Source: Pseudobacteriovorax antillogorgiicola (GTDB lineage Bacteria; Bdellovibrionota_B; Oligoflexia; Oligoflexales; RGVZ01). From it: DNA of 64,000 nucleotides. Of this stretch, positions 1 to 10,620 are shown piece after piece. The position numbers and the translations under genes were made by a program. How positions within the stretch are numbered: position 1 is the first letter of the stretch; every line of letters starts with the position of its first letter. The notes beneath the pieces were generated by a model. That model saw nothing but the letters and a program-made list of their open reading frames with translations. It searched no databases and was not told the origin of the DNA. The stretch is from assembly GCA_945865565.1 (NCBI GenBank), contig CAMBEK010000004.1, forward strand, positions 24,714 through 88,713, read 5' to 3'.

Positions 1-40
1 TTGGTCATGCGGGTTATCCGGAAATCAAACGCATGACCAA
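1..40 (-). terminator. Candidate stem-loop just downstream of the fumC stop
   Basis: Perfect 11-bp inverted repeat TTGGTCATGCG (1-11) / CGCATGACCAA (30-40) with an 18-nt loop, 8 nt beyond the fumC stop codon (49-51). Any U-tract would lie outside the window, and the loop is large for an intrinsic terminator. Confidence 0.3.
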
Positions 41-48
41 ACTTCTGC

Positions 49-1446
49 TCAAGGACGGACCATCTTTTCTGGCCTGACGTGCTTGTCAAACTCCTCAGCA
101 GAAATCACGCCCAAGGCCATGGCAGCCTGGCGCAAGGTAGTCCCCTCATGATGGGCCTTTTTTGCAACCTTTGCTGCATTGTCATAGCCGATGACTTGAT
201 TCAATGCCGTGACCAGCATGAGTGAATCATTCAAGTGACGTTCGATCACTTTTTTATTTGGTTCGATTCCCACCGCACAGTTGTCATTGAAGCTGTGCAA
301 TGCATCACTCAACAACTTGCACGACTCCAACACGTTATGGATCATCACTGGCTTGAAAACGTTGAGTTCAAAATGACCGTTGGCGCCAGCAATTCCTACG
401 GCAACGTCATTTCCCATGACCTGAGCCGCCACCATCGTCAGGGCCTCAGACTGCGTCGGATTAACCTTCCCCGGCATGATGGAACTACCCGGCTCGTTTT
501 CCGGTATCGTAATTTCGCCGATACCACAGCGCGGACCACTCGCCAAAAGACGCACATCATTCGCAATTTTCATGCAGGCCGTTGCAAGAAGGCGCATCGC
601 ACCACTGGCTGAAACCATGGCATCATGGGCAGCAAGGGCCATGAACTTGTTGGGTGCCGTTCTGAAAGGCAATCCCGTCAATTGCGCAATTTTGGCTGCG
701 ACATTTTTTGCGTAGTCAGGATGCGTGTTGAGTCCCGTGCCAACAGCACTGCCGCCGAGCGCAAGGTCCATCAAGCCGTCAAGGGCTTCGTGAATACGTT
801 TTTCCGAAAAATCCAATTGCGCGACATAACCTGAAATTTCCTGACCGAGGGTGAGCGGCGTGGCATCCATGAGATGGGTGCGTCCAATCTTTACGATTGG
901 ATCGAAAGCTTTTGCTTTTCCGTCAAGCGTCGACCGCAAAGCATGAATCGCAGGAATCAAGTCATTCTTGATCGCCTCGGCGGCAGCGACATGCATCACC
1001 GTTGGAAAACAATCGTTGGAGGACTGGGACTTGTTTACATCGTCATTCGGGTGGATCGGCTTTTTACTGCCCATTTCCCCGCCAGCCATTTCAATCGCAC
1101 GATTGGAAATAACTTCATTGGCATTCATGTTGCTCTGCGTGCCACTTCCCGTCTGCCAGACGACGAGGGGAAAATGCGCATCCATCTTGCCAGCGATAAC
1201 CTCATCACAGGCCTTGACGATCAGTGCGCATTTTTCAGCATCAAGTTTTCCGAGTTCCTTGTTGGTCAGTGCTGCAGCTTTTTTCACAAGACCAAACGCC
1301 CGGATCATTACAGGAGAAAACCGGTGTCCACCAATTTTGAAGTTCTGCAGGGAGCGTTGCGTCTGGGCCCCCCAGTATTTATCGGCTTCGACGTCAATCG
1401 GCCCAAAACTATCGGTTTCGGTGCGGAATTTTGCTGAATTTGTCAT
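49..1446 (-). CDS. fumC: Fumarate hydratase, class II
   Basis: 465 aa. Fumarate-lyase signature [17 protein letters not shown]-terminus [13 protein letters not shown] and length are typical of FumC. Confidence 0.97.
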   Translation of the reverse strand: MTNSAKFRTETDSFGPIDVEADKYWGAQTQRSLQNFKIGGHRFSPVMIRAFGLVKKAAALTNKELGKLDAEKCALIVKACDEVIAGKMDAHFPLVVWQTGSGTQSNMNANEVISNRAIEMAGGEMGSKKPIHPNDDVNKSQSSNDCFPTVMHVAAAEAIKNDLIPAIHALRSTLDGKAKAFDPIVKIGRTHLMDATPLTLGQEISGYVAQLDFSEKRIHEALDGLMDLALGGSAVGTGLNTHPDYAKNVAAKIAQLTGLPFRTAPNKFMALAAHDAMVSASGAMRLLATACMKIANDVRLLASGPRCGIGEITIPENEPGSSIMPGKVNPTQSEALTMVAAQVMGNDVAVGIAGANGHFELNVFKPVMIHNVLESCKLLSDALHSFNDNCAVGIEPNKKVIERHLNDSLMLVTALNQVIGYDNAAKVAKKAHHEGTTLRQAAMALGVISAEEFDKHVRPEKMVRP

Positions 1447-1448
1447 TT

Positions 1449-2903
1449 TTAACTTTCCTCCTGCTGCCTTGAAGCGAGCTTCATGTGAACGGTAAAGGCA
1501 CTGCCTGCACCAACCTTGCTCTCTACGGTAACTTGCCCGCCCAATCCGGCAACCAAGTGTTTCACGATCGAAAGGCCCAGACCAGTCCCACCCATTTCGC
1601 GGGATCTGGCCACATCGACACGGTAGAATCTCTCGAAAATACGATCAAGGTGCTTCTCGGGAATTCCGATCCCCGAATCCCGCACCACGATTTCGCACTC
1701 AGACCCAGCCGATTTGTGGCCATCAATCCAGACTTGGCCTGATTTCGGAGTGTACTTGATTGCGTTGCTGACCAGATTGTCCAAAATCTGCCGCATCGCC
1801 TCCCGTTCACCGGCAACCACCAATGGTTCATCCGACAATTTTACTGACATGGTAATGCCTTTGGCGGCTGCCTCGTCCTCGTGGGCAGATGCCACCGCCT
1901 GGACGATGCTGCGCCAATCGATCCTCACAGATGCTGCATCCCCCAAGTCGACATCTTCGTGGCTTTCGATGCGGGCCAGGCTCAAAATATCCTGAACAAG
2001 ATTGGAGAGACGTCCCACGTTGCGGTCGATCTTTTCAAGGAAACGCACATTGGTGACCGGATCTTCCATGGCGCCGCCAAGCAGCGCCTCGACGTAGCCC
2101 TTGATCGCGGTCAGTGGCGTCTTCAGCTCATGTGAAACATTTGCCACGAAGTCGCGGCGGACACGTTCAAGGCGGCGGACATTGGTGATGTCATGAAGGA
2201 CAATAACGACACCATCGGCAGCAGACTGGCCGCCTGATTCTGAATTGGCAAAGGGGAGTGCCTTGGTGGCAATGAAAATCTGGTTTTCACGAGGCCCCAT
2301 GCGAACTTCGCGCGTCACCAGTCCAGAGGTCTGCCGGGCATCATTGATTAAATCCGCAAGCAGGTTGACGGCTGGTACGTTTTTAAAATCCTCGCCGCGG
2401 CTAAGTCGCATGTCACTGTGCAAAAGGCGTGAAGCCGCCTGATTGCTGAAAAGGATCCGGCCCGCATTGTCGATTGCGATGATCCCTTCGACCATTGCGG
2501 ACAGGATGGATCGCAGTTGTGCACGATCACGGGACATGAGGGCGATGCGACTGCTGACCTCCTCGCCCAGGACGTTGAGTGCCTCGCCGATGCTGCTCAA
2601 CTCGACGACATCGATTGGCGCAACTCGTTCCTCGTAACGCCCGCGCCGCATTGCCGTGGCGACGCGAATCAGGTCGGCCAGGGGTTGCGCCAGGCGTTTC
2701 GCAAGAATAAAACCCAGGACGAGCGCCAGCCCAAGCCCTGCCACCGCAATCCGGATCATCTCCGCGATGATTGCCTCGCTGGCCCCGGCGCGAATCGCTG
2801 AAAAAACTTGCAGCATCGTCGTCGTCAGCGTCAAACCCACCACCACAGCCCCAAAGGCAAGATAGACCCTGACGACCAGGCGTGACTTCAGGCTTCCAAG
2901 CAT
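1449..2903 (-). CDS. phoR: Phosphate-regulon sensor histidine kinase (PhoR-like)
   Basis: 484 aa. Two N-terminal TM helices, a HAMP/PAS-like linker, H-box SHELKTPLT, and ATPase boxes [29 protein letters not shown]. It overlaps phoB by 16 nt and lies beside the pst operon. Confidence 0.8.
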   Translation of the reverse strand: MLGSLKSRLVVRVYLAFGAVVVGLTLTTTMLQVFSAIRAGASEAIIAEMIRIAVAGLGLALVLGFILAKRLAQPLADLIRVATAMRRGRYEERVAPIDVVELSSIGEALNVLGEEVSSRIALMSRDRAQLRSILSAMVEGIIAIDNAGRILFSNQAASRLLHSDMRLSRGEDFKNVPAVNLLADLINDARQTSGLVTREVRMGPRENQIFIATKALPFANSESGGQSAADGVVIVLHDITNVRRLERVRRDFVANVSHELKTPLTAIKGYVEALLGGAMEDPVTNVRFLEKIDRNVGRLSNLVQDILSLARIESHEDVDLGDAASVRIDWRSIVQAVASAHEDEAAAKGITMSVKLSDEPLVVAGEREAMRQILDNLVSNAIKYTPKSGQVWIDGHKSAGSECEIVVRDSGIGIPEKHLDRIFERFYRVDVARSREMGGTGLGLSIVKHLVAGLGGQVTVESKVGAGSAFTVHMKLASRQQEES

Positions 2904-3631
2904 TTGTAGCCTACCCCGCGAACCGTCTGAATGAATTCGGCATCGTCACCGAATTTTTTGCGAATGGCGCGGATATGCACATCGACGTTGCGATCGATCA
3001 CATAGACGTCAGATCCAGAAATTTGTTCCAAAATCTGGTCGCGGGAAAAGACCCGCCCTGGCCGGCTCATCAGCAACGCCAGAAGTTTGAATTCAGCCAG
3101 CGTCAGCTGCACCGCGACGTCGCGGACTTTGACCGTATGCCGCGTTGGATCGATTGCAACCTGCCCCAGAGTAACCATTCCGGGATCTTGGGCTTGCACA
3201 GGTTTTGTTAATGTTGCCGCAGGGCCGTCAGCGTCACGATCGTTGACCCGACGCAAAACTGCACGGATGCGCGCCACCAGTTCTTTCGGGCTGAATGGCT
3301 TCGTCAGGTAATCGTCAGCGCCGACTTCAAGACCGACCACCACGTCACTTTCCTCACTGCGGGCGGTCAGCATCACGATTGGCATGCGCCGCGTAGCCTG
3401 ATTTTCCCGGAGCTTGCGGCACAGGGTCAACCCGTCCATTCCGGGCAACATGATGTCCAAAACAGCCAACGTAAAGGCCTTGTTGCCTGCAAGTTCAAGG
3501 GCCTCCATCCCGTTATTGACGCAGGTCACTTGAAAGCCTTCCCGCTCCAAAACGTACTGGAGAAGCTCGCAAATGTCGGTTTCGTCCTCGACCACCAGGA
3601 TGTGTTGTTTGGTGCTCTGAATCTGTGTCAT
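2888..3631 (-). CDS. phoB: Phosphate-regulon response regulator (OmpR/PhoB family)
   Basis: The track ORF runs to 3856. The receiver domain starts at MTQIQSTKQHILVVEDE (ATG at 3631, AGGA 9 nt upstream). Receiver Asp lies in AVLDIMLPGMDG. Winged-helix C-terminus: LTLAEFKLLALL, VDVHIRAIRKKF. Confidence 0.88.
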   Translation of the reverse strand: MTQIQSTKQHILVVEDETDICELLQYVLEREGFQVTCVNNGMEALELAGNKAFTLAVLDIMLPGMDGLTLCRKLRENQATRRMPIVMLTARSEESDVVVGLEVGADDYLTKPFSPKELVARIRAVLRRVNDRDADGPAATLTKPVQAQDPGMVTLGQVAIDPTRHTVKVRDVAVQLTLAEFKLLALLMSRPGRVFSRDQILEQISGSDVYVIDRNVDVHIRAIRKKFGDDAEFIQTVRGVGYKCLEA

Positions 3632-3645
3632 GGGATCATCCTGTT

Positions 3646-3667
3646 TTGTTAAGAGCTTGTTAAGCCC
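3646..3667. promoter_or_regulatory. Candidate Pho box (tandem 11-bp direct repeat)
   Basis: TTGTTAAGAGC (3646-3656) is directly followed by TTGTTAAGCCC (3657-3667). The TGTTA-N6-TGTTA periodicity matches the 11-bp architecture of PhoB boxes (E. coli TGTCA-N6-TGTCA). It lies in the phoB/pstS divergent intergenic region, about 70 nt upstream of pstS. Confidence 0.5.
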
Positions 3668-3736
3668 GTACCCCTGCCCGCTTTGATTTGATACAACTCT
3701 AACGAATTTGAGTGAAAATTGAGCAGTGGAGTTGCC

Positions 3737-4774
3737 GTGCAAAAGATCAATTTCCTGAACGGTTCCATCCGGTTTCTGACAGCAGCCATCATGATGTCTG
3801 CCACAGTAGCCAAAAGTGACATCCTGATCAACGGCGCTGGTGCGACATTTCCTCAACCACTCTACTCACGGTGGTTCAGCGACTACCGGAAAGTCGACAA
3901 GTCCATCGCCATCAACTACCAGGGAGTCGGCAGCAGCGGCGGAATCCGCCAGCTTTTGACGGGAACCGTTGATTTTGGTGCTTCAGACGAGCCAATGAAT
4001 GCGGAAGAAGCCGCCAAGGCCAAATCCGTGATCCACCACATTCCGACTGCAATGGGCGCCGTCGCCGTGAGCTACAACTTACCCGGCAACCCGGCTTTGA
4101 AGCTCACCCCGGATGTCGTGACCGACCTTTTCATGGGCATCATAACCAAGTGGACTGATCCGCGGATCGGCGCCAGCAACCCAGGCGTTAAATTCCCGAA
4201 TCTTCCCGTCACCATCGCCTACCGTTCCGACGGGAGTGGCACGACCGCCATCATGACGGAATACCTGTCCGCCGTAAGTGCCACATGGAAGGCCAAGCCG
4301 GGGCAGGGCAAATCGGTCAAATGGCCGGTTGGAATCGGCGGCAAGGGCAATGCCGGAGTTGCAGGCATGATCAAGCAAAACCCAGGGACACTCGGCTACA
4401 TCGAGCTTGTTTACGCCGCGTCCAACAACTTGCCTGTCGCTGCCATCAAAAATGCGGCCGGCCAATTCGTTAATCCATCAATTGCGACGGTTACTTCTGC
4501 TGCAAAAGCCAAAATCAAGGAAATCATCGCCGCGGACTTCAAACTTAGCCTGGTCAATTCACCGGGAAAAGATGCCTATCCAGTTTCCTCCATGACGTGG
4601 CTTTTGGTTCCGGAATCCATGGCGGCCGCAAAATCCGTACCTTTTTCAAGCTTTTTGAAATGGGCGATGGGAGATGCCGCACAAAAGACGGCAGAATCCC
4701 TGCATTATGCAGCGCTTCCAAAAGAGGTCCGCACGGCAGCACTTGAACGAATTGGAAAAATCAAATTCAAGTGA
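3737..4774 (+). CDS. pstS: Phosphate ABC transporter substrate-binding protein
   Basis: The track ORF starts at TTG 3719. GTG at 3737 has GGAG 5 nt upstream and gives a signal-peptide-like N-terminus (QKINFLNGSIRFLTAAIMMSATVA). PstS-type motifs GAGATFP and YQGVGSSGG are present. Confidence 0.9.
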   Translation: MQKINFLNGSIRFLTAAIMMSATVAKSDILINGAGATFPQPLYSRWFSDYRKVDKSIAINYQGVGSSGGIRQLLTGTVDFGASDEPMNAEEAAKAKSVIHHIPTAMGAVAVSYNLPGNPALKLTPDVVTDLFMGIITKWTDPRIGASNPGVKFPNLPVTIAYRSDGSGTTAIMTEYLSAVSATWKAKPGQGKSVKWPVGIGGKGNAGVAGMIKQNPGTLGYIELVYAASNNLPVAAIKNAAGQFVNPSIATVTSAAKAKIKEIIAADFKLSLVNSPGKDAYPVSSMTWLLVPESMAAAKSVPFSSFLKWAMGDAAQKTAESLHYAALPKEVRTAALERIGKIKFK

Positions 4775-4790
4775 GCATTAGCGAGTATTC

Positions 4791-5696
4791 ATGAGATCTG
4801 ATCGTGTGTTCAATTTAATCCTTCGCAGTTTGGCCGTTGCGATCATCGCCGGTTTTCTGGGGTTGACCTGGTTTCTTTGGAAATCTGCACTGCCAACATT
4901 AAAGGTTGCGGGCGCAGGATTCGTCTGGAGTCAGGCGTGGGATCCTGTGGCCAATGAGTTTGGTGCGTTGCCCTTCTTGTGGGGCACTGTGGTTTCATCG
5001 CTCCTTGCCCTTTGCTTTAGTGCACCCGTGAGTATTGGCGCCGCCCTTTTTTTGACCGACATCGCATCCAAAAAAATCCGTTCCCCGATCGCATTTTTGA
5101 TTGAGATGCTGGCAGCGATCCCAAGTGTGGTTTACGGCATCTGGGGGATTTTTGTCCTGGCGCCATTCGTGCGCGAATACATACACCCTATGTTGAATGG
5201 CCATCTTGGGTTTTTGCCATTCTTCGTAGGTCCACCCTTTGGCCTTGGAATGCTGACCGCCGCAATGGTTCTTGCGGTGATGATCACCCCAACGATCACA
5301 TCGGTGTGCCGTGAAGTGTTTCGTTCAGTGCCCGATCCGTTGCGAGAGGCCGCCATCGGCTTGGGCGCGACGCGATGGGAAACGATCCGTCTGGCAGTAC
5401 TCAAAACCAGCATCAGCGGTATATTTGCGGCAATGGTCCTCGGATTGGGTCGCGCCTTAGGTGAAACCATGGCCGTCACCATGGTCATTGGCAATCGGCC
5501 CGAAATTTCCCTGTCACTTTTTAAACCCGCCGCCACCATGGCGAGTGTCATTGCCAATGAATACGCAGAAGCCCAGGGCGACAGCCACATGAGCGCCCTG
5601 GCTGCCATCGGGCTGGTCCTTCTGCTCGTCAGTTCCATCGTGAACATTGCAGCCCGCTGGATCATCAAACGCACGGAGTCAAAGACCCATGTCTGA
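4791..5696 (+). CDS. pstC: Phosphate ABC transporter permease PstC
   Basis: 301 aa, multi-TM, with the ABC permease loop REAAIGLGATRWETIR. Positioned between pstS and pstA. Confidence 0.92.
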   Translation: MRSDRVFNLILRSLAVAIIAGFLGLTWFLWKSALPTLKVAGAGFVWSQAWDPVANEFGALPFLWGTVVSSLLALCFSAPVSIGAALFLTDIASKKIRSPIAFLIEMLAAIPSVVYGIWGIFVLAPFVREYIHPMLNGHLGFLPFFVGPPFGLGMLTAAMVLAVMITPTITSVCREVFRSVPDPLREAAIGLGATRWETIRLAVLKTSISGIFAAMVLGLGRALGETMAVTMVIGNRPEISLSLFKPAATMASVIANEYAEAQGDSHMSALAAIGLVLLLVSSIVNIAARWIIKRTESKTHV

Positions 5697-6546
5697 CACG
5701 CTGCGCTTGCCCCGCATCCAGCGCCGCCGGCACTTCAAGTCGATGGTGGCCAATGGCATCATCATGATTTTTGCAGGAATGGCGATTCTGCCTTTGATCA
5801 TGGTTTTTTCGTACATCACGAGTTCAGGTCTACCATCACTGAACCTGGATTTTTTCGTGAAACTACCAGCCCCTGCCGGCGAAACCGGAGGCGGAATGGC
5901 CAACGCCATTGCCGGCAGCGTTCTGATGGTGGTCATGTCGGGCGTGATGGCGATACCGCCGGGCCTTCTTTGCGGACTTTATATTGCTGAATTTCCCCGT
6001 CAAAAATTAGCAGGTGCCCTGCGCTTCGTGATCGACCTGATGACTGGTGTTCCGTCCATCGTGATCGGTCTTTTTGCCTATGCAACCCTTGTCGTGCCTT
6101 TGGGCGGGTTCAACGCCTTTGCAGGAAGTGCGGCTCTGGCGATCATCATGCTGCCTGTGGTCAGCCGGACCACCGAAGAAATCCTTCGCCTTATTCCGTC
6201 CCAATTGCGGGAAGCCGGTCTGGCACTCGGCCTGCCGCGTTGGAAAGTCCTGCTGCGCCTGATCATGCGTGCGGGGCGAAGCGCCATTGCGACAGGTGTT
6301 TTCTTGGCCATTGCGCGCGCATCGGGGGAGACCGCGCCGCTCCTGTTCACTTCATTCAACAATCAATATTGGTCCAGCAGTCTGAGCGAACCGGTCGCTT
6401 CGTTGCCAGTGCAAATTTACACTTATGCCATCAGCCCCTATGAAGAGTGGCACCGGCTGGCATGGGCAGGTTCACTGGTTTTGGTGAGCGTGGTTTTTAC
6501 GATCAACCTGATGTCACGCGTTCTGCTAAAACGCAGCAGCAATTGA
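5689..6546 (+). CDS. pstA: Phosphate ABC transporter permease PstA
   Basis: ATG at 5689 overlaps the pstC stop (ATGTCTGA). Permease loop REAGLALGLPRWKVL. The track ORF start at 5647 lies inside pstC. Confidence 0.92.
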   Translation: MSDTLRLPRIQRRRHFKSMVANGIIMIFAGMAILPLIMVFSYITSSGLPSLNLDFFVKLPAPAGETGGGMANAIAGSVLMVVMSGVMAIPPGLLCGLYIAEFPRQKLAGALRFVIDLMTGVPSIVIGLFAYATLVVPLGGFNAFAGSAALAIIMLPVVSRTTEEILRLIPSQLREAGLALGLPRWKVLLRLIMRAGRSAIATGVFLAIARASGETAPLLFTSFNNQYWSSSLSEPVASLPVQIYTYAISPYEEWHRLAWAGSLVLVSVVFTINLMSRVLLKRSSN

Positions 6547-6564
6547 GGAAGAGGAACCAAGAAA

Positions 6565-7335
6565 GTGCAGAATTTGGAAACATCAATCATTGCCGCCGAA
6601 GGTATCTCCGCCTGGTACGGTAACCACCGCGCCGTAGAAAACATAAACCTCGACGTAAAATCGGGTGATGTGCTGGCTCTGATCGGACCGTCTGGATGCG
6701 GAAAATCGACCTTTCTTCGTTGCCTCAACCGGATGCATGAAGAAATTGATAATACCCGCGTCGAGGGGCGCGTCCTTTACAAGGGCGAGGATATTTACGG
6801 CGAAGATGTGGATCCGGTGGCGGTGCGTTCTTGCATCGGCATGGTTTTTCAAAAACCAAATCCTTTTCCAACGATGACCGTGGCCGAGAACGTGGCTGCT
6901 GGACTGCGCCTGCGCGGGGGTTTTTCGCGTTCCGAAATTGACGGCATGGTCGAAGCTGCCCTACGCAAGGCCGCCCTTTGGGACGAGGTTAAAAACAAAC
7001 TGCGCGCCCCCGGAACGAGTTTATCCGGCGGCCAGCAACAACGCCTGTGCATCGCCAGGGCATTGGCAGTGCAACCAGAAGTATTGCTGATGGATGAACC
7101 TACAAGCGCCTTGGATCCGATCTCAACGGGGCGGATTGAGGAGTTGATGACGGAACTCAAAAAGTCAGTCACGATCGTCATCGTCACGCATAACATGCAG
7201 CAAGCAGCCCGGATTTCCGACCAGACCGCATTTTTTTTAATGGGTAAAATGGTTGAACATGGTGACACGGAACAGATTTTCAACGCGCCGGCCCGGGAAG
7301 AGACAGAAAACTACATCAGCGGCAGGTTTGGTTGA
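6565..7335 (+). CDS. pstB: Phosphate ABC transporter ATP-binding protein PstB
   Basis: 256 aa. Walker [10 protein letters not shown], signature LSGGQQQRL, Walker [12 protein letters not shown]. Confidence 0.96.
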   Translation: MQNLETSIIAAEGISAWYGNHRAVENINLDVKSGDVLALIGPSGCGKSTFLRCLNRMHEEIDNTRVEGRVLYKGEDIYGEDVDPVAVRSCIGMVFQKPNPFPTMTVAENVAAGLRLRGGFSRSEIDGMVEAALRKAALWDEVKNKLRAPGTSLSGGQQQRLCIARALAVQPEVLLMDEPTSALDPISTGRIEELMTELKKSVTIVIVTHNMQQAARISDQTAFFLMGKMVEHGDTEQIFNAPAREETENYISGRFG

Positions 7336-7369
7336 TGCGCCAGATTTGACCGAATTGTCTGCAAACTGC
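7314..7369 (+). repeat. Copy A of a 56-nt imperfect direct repeat (partner at 16119-16174)
   Basis: By manual ungapped alignment, 45 of 56 positions are identical. This includes a 21-nt exact core TTTGGTTGATGCGCCAGATTT (7327-7347 = 16132-16152). Copy A contains the last codons and the stop codon of pstB. Confidence 0.75.
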
Positions 7370-7376
7370 TCCCCAG

Positions 7377-10300
7377 CTAAAGGAGGCAGTTTAAATAGTC
7401 TTGGAGTGCCTTGACCGAGAGGAATTGGCGACTACGGACAAGCTCTAAGGCATCAACCGCGGCCCGGGTCGCCGCCATAGTGGTATAAGTCGGCACTCGC
7501 ATTTCGTTGGCCACCAAGCGAATCGACTTCGAGTCCATGGCCGGTCGCCACCCTTCGGGAGTATTGATCACCAGGTCGATCTGCCTGCTGCGCAAAGCAT
7601 CAACGATATGTGGCGATCCTTCACGTACCTTGTTGATGCGCTCGACGTCTACCCCTGATGCACGCAGGAAGTTCGCCGTTCCTTCCGTTGCGATCAACTT
7701 AAACCGCAGTTGCTGAAGTTGCCTCGCAACTTCCAGCAATTGATCCTTGTCCCCGTCCTTCACGCTCAAGAAGACAGTTCCACCAGCAGGAAGGATAATA
7801 TTCGAGGCAAACTGACTCCTCAAGAAAGCACCGCCGAAGCTCTGGTGAATGCCCATCACTTCGCCCGTGGATTTCATTTCCGGCCCGAGGATCGTGTCGA
7901 CGCCAGCAAACTTCGAAAATGGAAAAACCGAAGCTTTAACTGCGACATATCCGTCTGGCACGACTTCCTTCGCTCCGGTGGCGGCGAGGGTGGTGCCGGC
8001 CATGACCCGGCTGGCCACTTTGGCCCATGGAACGCCGGTTGCCTTGCTGACAAATGGAACCGTGCGTGACGCGCGCGGATTCACTTCCAGGATGTAGACC
8101 TGGCCTGACTTTGGCACGGCGAACTGGATGTTCATGAGCCCGACAACCTGCAACTCCCGCGCCAGCATGATCGCCTGGCGTCGCATTTCCTGAACGACAT
8201 CTGAATTTAAAGTCTGTGGTGGCAGGCAACAGGAACTGTCACCAGAGTGAATTCCCGCCGGCTCAATGTGCTCCATTACTCCGGCGATCAGGACATCGCG
8301 ACCATCACTGACCGTGTCCACATCGACCTCGATCGCGTCTTCCAGGAAACGGTCAAGGAGAACCGGCCTATCATGGGAGACTTCAACGCCTTCCCGCATA
8401 TAGGTCCGGACTTCTTCCTCAGAATACAAGATTCGCATCGCACGTCCGCCGAGAACAAAAGACGGCCGGATCATCAGCGGAAAACCGATCTTCCTGGACG
8501 CTTCAACCGCCTCTTCCGTGGAACGGGCTGTGGCGAATGGCGGCTGCGTCAATTTCAGTTTTGATACCAACTGTGAAAAACGCTCGCGATCCTCGGCAAT
8601 ATCAATCGAGTCAACCGAAGTTCCAATGATCGGCACGCCAAGCTCCGCAAGTTCCGCAGAGATTTTCAGTGGCGTCTGGCCCCCCATTTGCACGATAACG
8701 CCTTCGGGCCTTTCGTGCTCGACGATCGCAATGACGGATTCCACAGTCAGCGGCTCAAAGTACAACCGGTCACTCGTATCGTAATCAGTCGACACGGTCT
8801 CGGGATTGCAGTTGATCATGATCGTTTCGAATCCATCAGCCTGCAGCGCCATCGAGGCATGAACGCAGCAATAATCAAACTCGATCCCCTGACCGATTCT
8901 ATTTGGACCTGCGCCGAGGATGACGATCTTGCGTCTTTCGGTCGGCCTGGATTCCGATTCCGCATCGTAGGTTGAGTACATGTACGGCGTATGCGCCGCA
9001 AATTCCGCGGCGCATGTATCGACCGATTTGAACGAAGGCCTGATCCCAAGGTGGTGCCGGCGTGCGCGGACTTCGCCCTCGGACCTACCAGTCAGAGCGG
9101 CGATGCGCCTATCCATGAAACCTTGGCGTTTCAAGTCGAGGAAATGATCGGCATCCAGCGATTCAAGCGCCAACTTCTTCAGACGCTCTTCCTCATCCAC
9201 GATCTCTTTGATTTGTTCAAGGAACCACGGATCGATCCGGCTTGCCTTGTGCACTTCGTGCACCGGGAACCCGAGGCGCAATGCTTCTCCCGTCTGCCAA
9301 AGGCGCTGCGGAGTCGGACGCGCGCAGGCATCAAGGATTTCGGTGGTGCCCATGCCCTGAACATATTTGGCGCCATCGAATCCAAAGGAACCAAGCTCCA
9401 TCGACGCGATGGCCTTTTGCAGCGCCTCCTTGAACGTTCGGCCAAACGACAAGACTTCGCCCACTGATTTCATTTGGGTGCCCAGGGTCGTATCGGCGAG
9501 AGGGAACTTCTCGAAATTGAAGCGCGGGATTTTCACCACTACGTAATCAATAGAAGGCTCAAAGCAAGCTGGAGTTTCCATCGTGATGTCGTTACGGATT
9601 TCATCGAGTGTATATCCAACCGCGAGTTTTGCCGCGATCTTGGCAATCGGAAATCCAGTCGCTTTCGACGCCAGCGCAGAACTTCGCGACACGCGTGGAT
9701 TCATCTCGATCACGATGATCCGGCCAGTCTCTGGATTTATCGCGAATTGGACGTTCGACCCACCGGTATCCACGCCGATGCGCCGGACGATCCTGATCGC
9801 GGCATCGCGCAAGCGCTGGTACTCCTTGTCGGTCAACGTCTGGATCGGGGCCACCGTGATGGAGTCACCGGTATGGACGCCCATAGGATCCAAATTTTCA
9901 ATGCCGCAGACAATGACCACGTTGTCCTTGTGGTCGCGCATCACTTCGAGTTCGATCTCTTTCCATCCGAGTAACGATTCCTCGATCAACACTTCGCGAT
10001 TTGGACTCGCCGCCAGTGCAATGGCAACTTTCGGCAACAGTTCGTCCGGCGTGGTCACGATCCCGCCGCCCGTCCCGCCAAGGGTTCTCGATGGACGAAG
10101 GATCATTGGGTAACCCAAACTCCTCGCTGCCTCTTCTGCTCCTTCGATCGAAGTGACAATCACGGAACGGGCCGACTCAAGCCCGATTTCGTCCATCGCC
10201 CTTCTGAACAGCTCGCGGTCCTCGGCGGTCTTGATGGCCTCGATATTGGCACCGATCAACTGGCAGCCGTAGCGTTCAAAAACTCCAATTTCAGCAAGAT

Positions 10301-10601
10301 CGAGGGCAACATTCAGAGCCGTCTGGCCGCCCATCGTCGGCAACACCGCGTCGGGGCGCTCAATCCGAATGATTTCTTCGATGAAGTCCGCCGTGATCGG
10401 CTCGATGTACGTCCGGTCTGCCAGATCCGGATCGGTCATGATCGTGGCGGGGTTCGAGTTGACGAGGATGACCTTGAAACCCTCTTGCTTGAGCGCCTTG
10501 ATCGCCTGCGTGCCGGAGTAATCAAACTCACACGCCTGCCCAATCACAATCGGTCCTGAACCAATTAAAAGGATGGACTTGATGTCATTTCTTTTCGGCA
10601 T
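7377..10601 (-). CDS. carB: Carbamoyl-phosphate synthase large subunit
   Basis: 1074 aa with duplicated ATP-grasp halves ([18 protein letters not shown] and [18 protein letters not shown]) and an MGS-like C-terminus. Confidence 0.98.
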   Translation of the reverse strand: MPKRNDIKSILLIGSGPIVIGQACEFDYSGTQAIKALKQEGFKVILVNSNPATIMTDPDLADRTYIEPITADFIEEIIRIERPDAVLPTMGGQTALNVALDLAEIGVFERYGCQLIGANIEAIKTAEDRELFRRAMDEIGLESARSVIVTSIEGAEEAARSLGYPMILRPSRTLGGTGGGIVTTPDELLPKVAIALAASPNREVLIEESLLGWKEIELEVMRDHKDNVVIVCGIENLDPMGVHTGDSITVAPIQTLTDKEYQRLRDAAIRIVRRIGVDTGGSNVQFAINPETGRIIVIEMNPRVSRSSALASKATGFPIAKIAAKLAVGYTLDEIRNDITMETPACFEPSIDYVVVKIPRFNFEKFPLADTTLGTQMKSVGEVLSFGRTFKEALQKAIASMELGSFGFDGAKYVQGMGTTEILDACARPTPQRLWQTGEALRLGFPVHEVHKASRIDPWFLEQIKEIVDEEERLKKLALESLDADHFLDLKRQGFMDRRIAALTGRSEGEVRARRHHLGIRPSFKSVDTCAAEFAAHTPYMYSTYDAESESRPTERRKIVILGAGPNRIGQGIEFDYCCVHASMALQADGFETIMINCNPETVSTDYDTSDRLYFEPLTVESVIAIVEHERPEGVIVQMGGQTPLKISAELAELGVPIIGTSVDSIDIAEDRERFSQLVSKLKLTQPPFATARSTEEAVEASRKIGFPLMIRPSFVLGGRAMRILYSEEEVRTYMREGVEVSHDRPVLLDRFLEDAIEVDVDTVSDGRDVLIAGVMEHIEPAGIHSGDSSCCLPPQTLNSDVVQEMRRQAIMLARELQVVGLMNIQFAVPKSGQVYILEVNPRASRTVPFVSKATGVPWAKVASRVMAGTTLAATGAKEVVPDGYVAVKASVFPFSKFAGVDTILGPEMKSTGEVMGIHQSFGGAFLRSQFASNIILPAGGTVFLSVKDGDKDQLLEVARQLQQLRFKLIATEGTANFLRASGVDVERINKVREGSPHIVDALRSRQIDLVINTPEGWRPAMDSKSIRLVANEMRVPTYTTMAATRAAVDALELVRSRQFLSVKALQDYLNCLL

Positions 10602-10620
10602 GCCAAAAACCTGCCTCTCT

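Noticed and set aside
874-1437. Long antisense shadow ORFs opposite well-supported genes. Examples: 874-1437(+), 968-1495(+), 11260-11856(+), 15416-16000(-), 23374-24036(+), 38341-39024(-), 52860-53603(+), 55986-56567(+), 49918-50457(-).
   Set aside because: Each lies fully antisense to a gene with unmistakable family motifs. Their translations are Arg/Ser/Pro/Gly-rich low-complexity sequence with no recognisable motif. This is the usual artefact of moderately GC-rich coding DNA.
3632-3856. N-terminal extensions in the ORF track: phoB to 3856, pstA from 5647, pyrB to 14276, OMP from 16272, rnc to 23524, hmgA to 27816, pyk from 37525, GNAT from 47405, flgE to 52563, SBP from 57261, ABC ATPase from 59335.
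   Set aside because: The internal starts coincide with the N-termini expected for the families, have SD sequences, or give ATGA/TGATG-type coupling to the upstream gene. The extensions overlap neighbouring genes or promoters.
7336-7376. Absence of phoU downstream of pstB.
   Set aside because: phoU is often encoded elsewhere or absent. The 41-nt gap to convergent carB leaves no room for a decayed gene, so this is not evidence of anything unusual.
7380-7386. Perfect Shine-Dalgarno AAGGAGG on the plus strand after pstB, inside a 10-bp stem-loop (7363-7392).
   Set aside because: It is the antisense of the last carB codons (…NCLL stop). Only a 16-codon frame follows it. The hairpin lacks a U-tract on either strand, so I do not call it a terminator.
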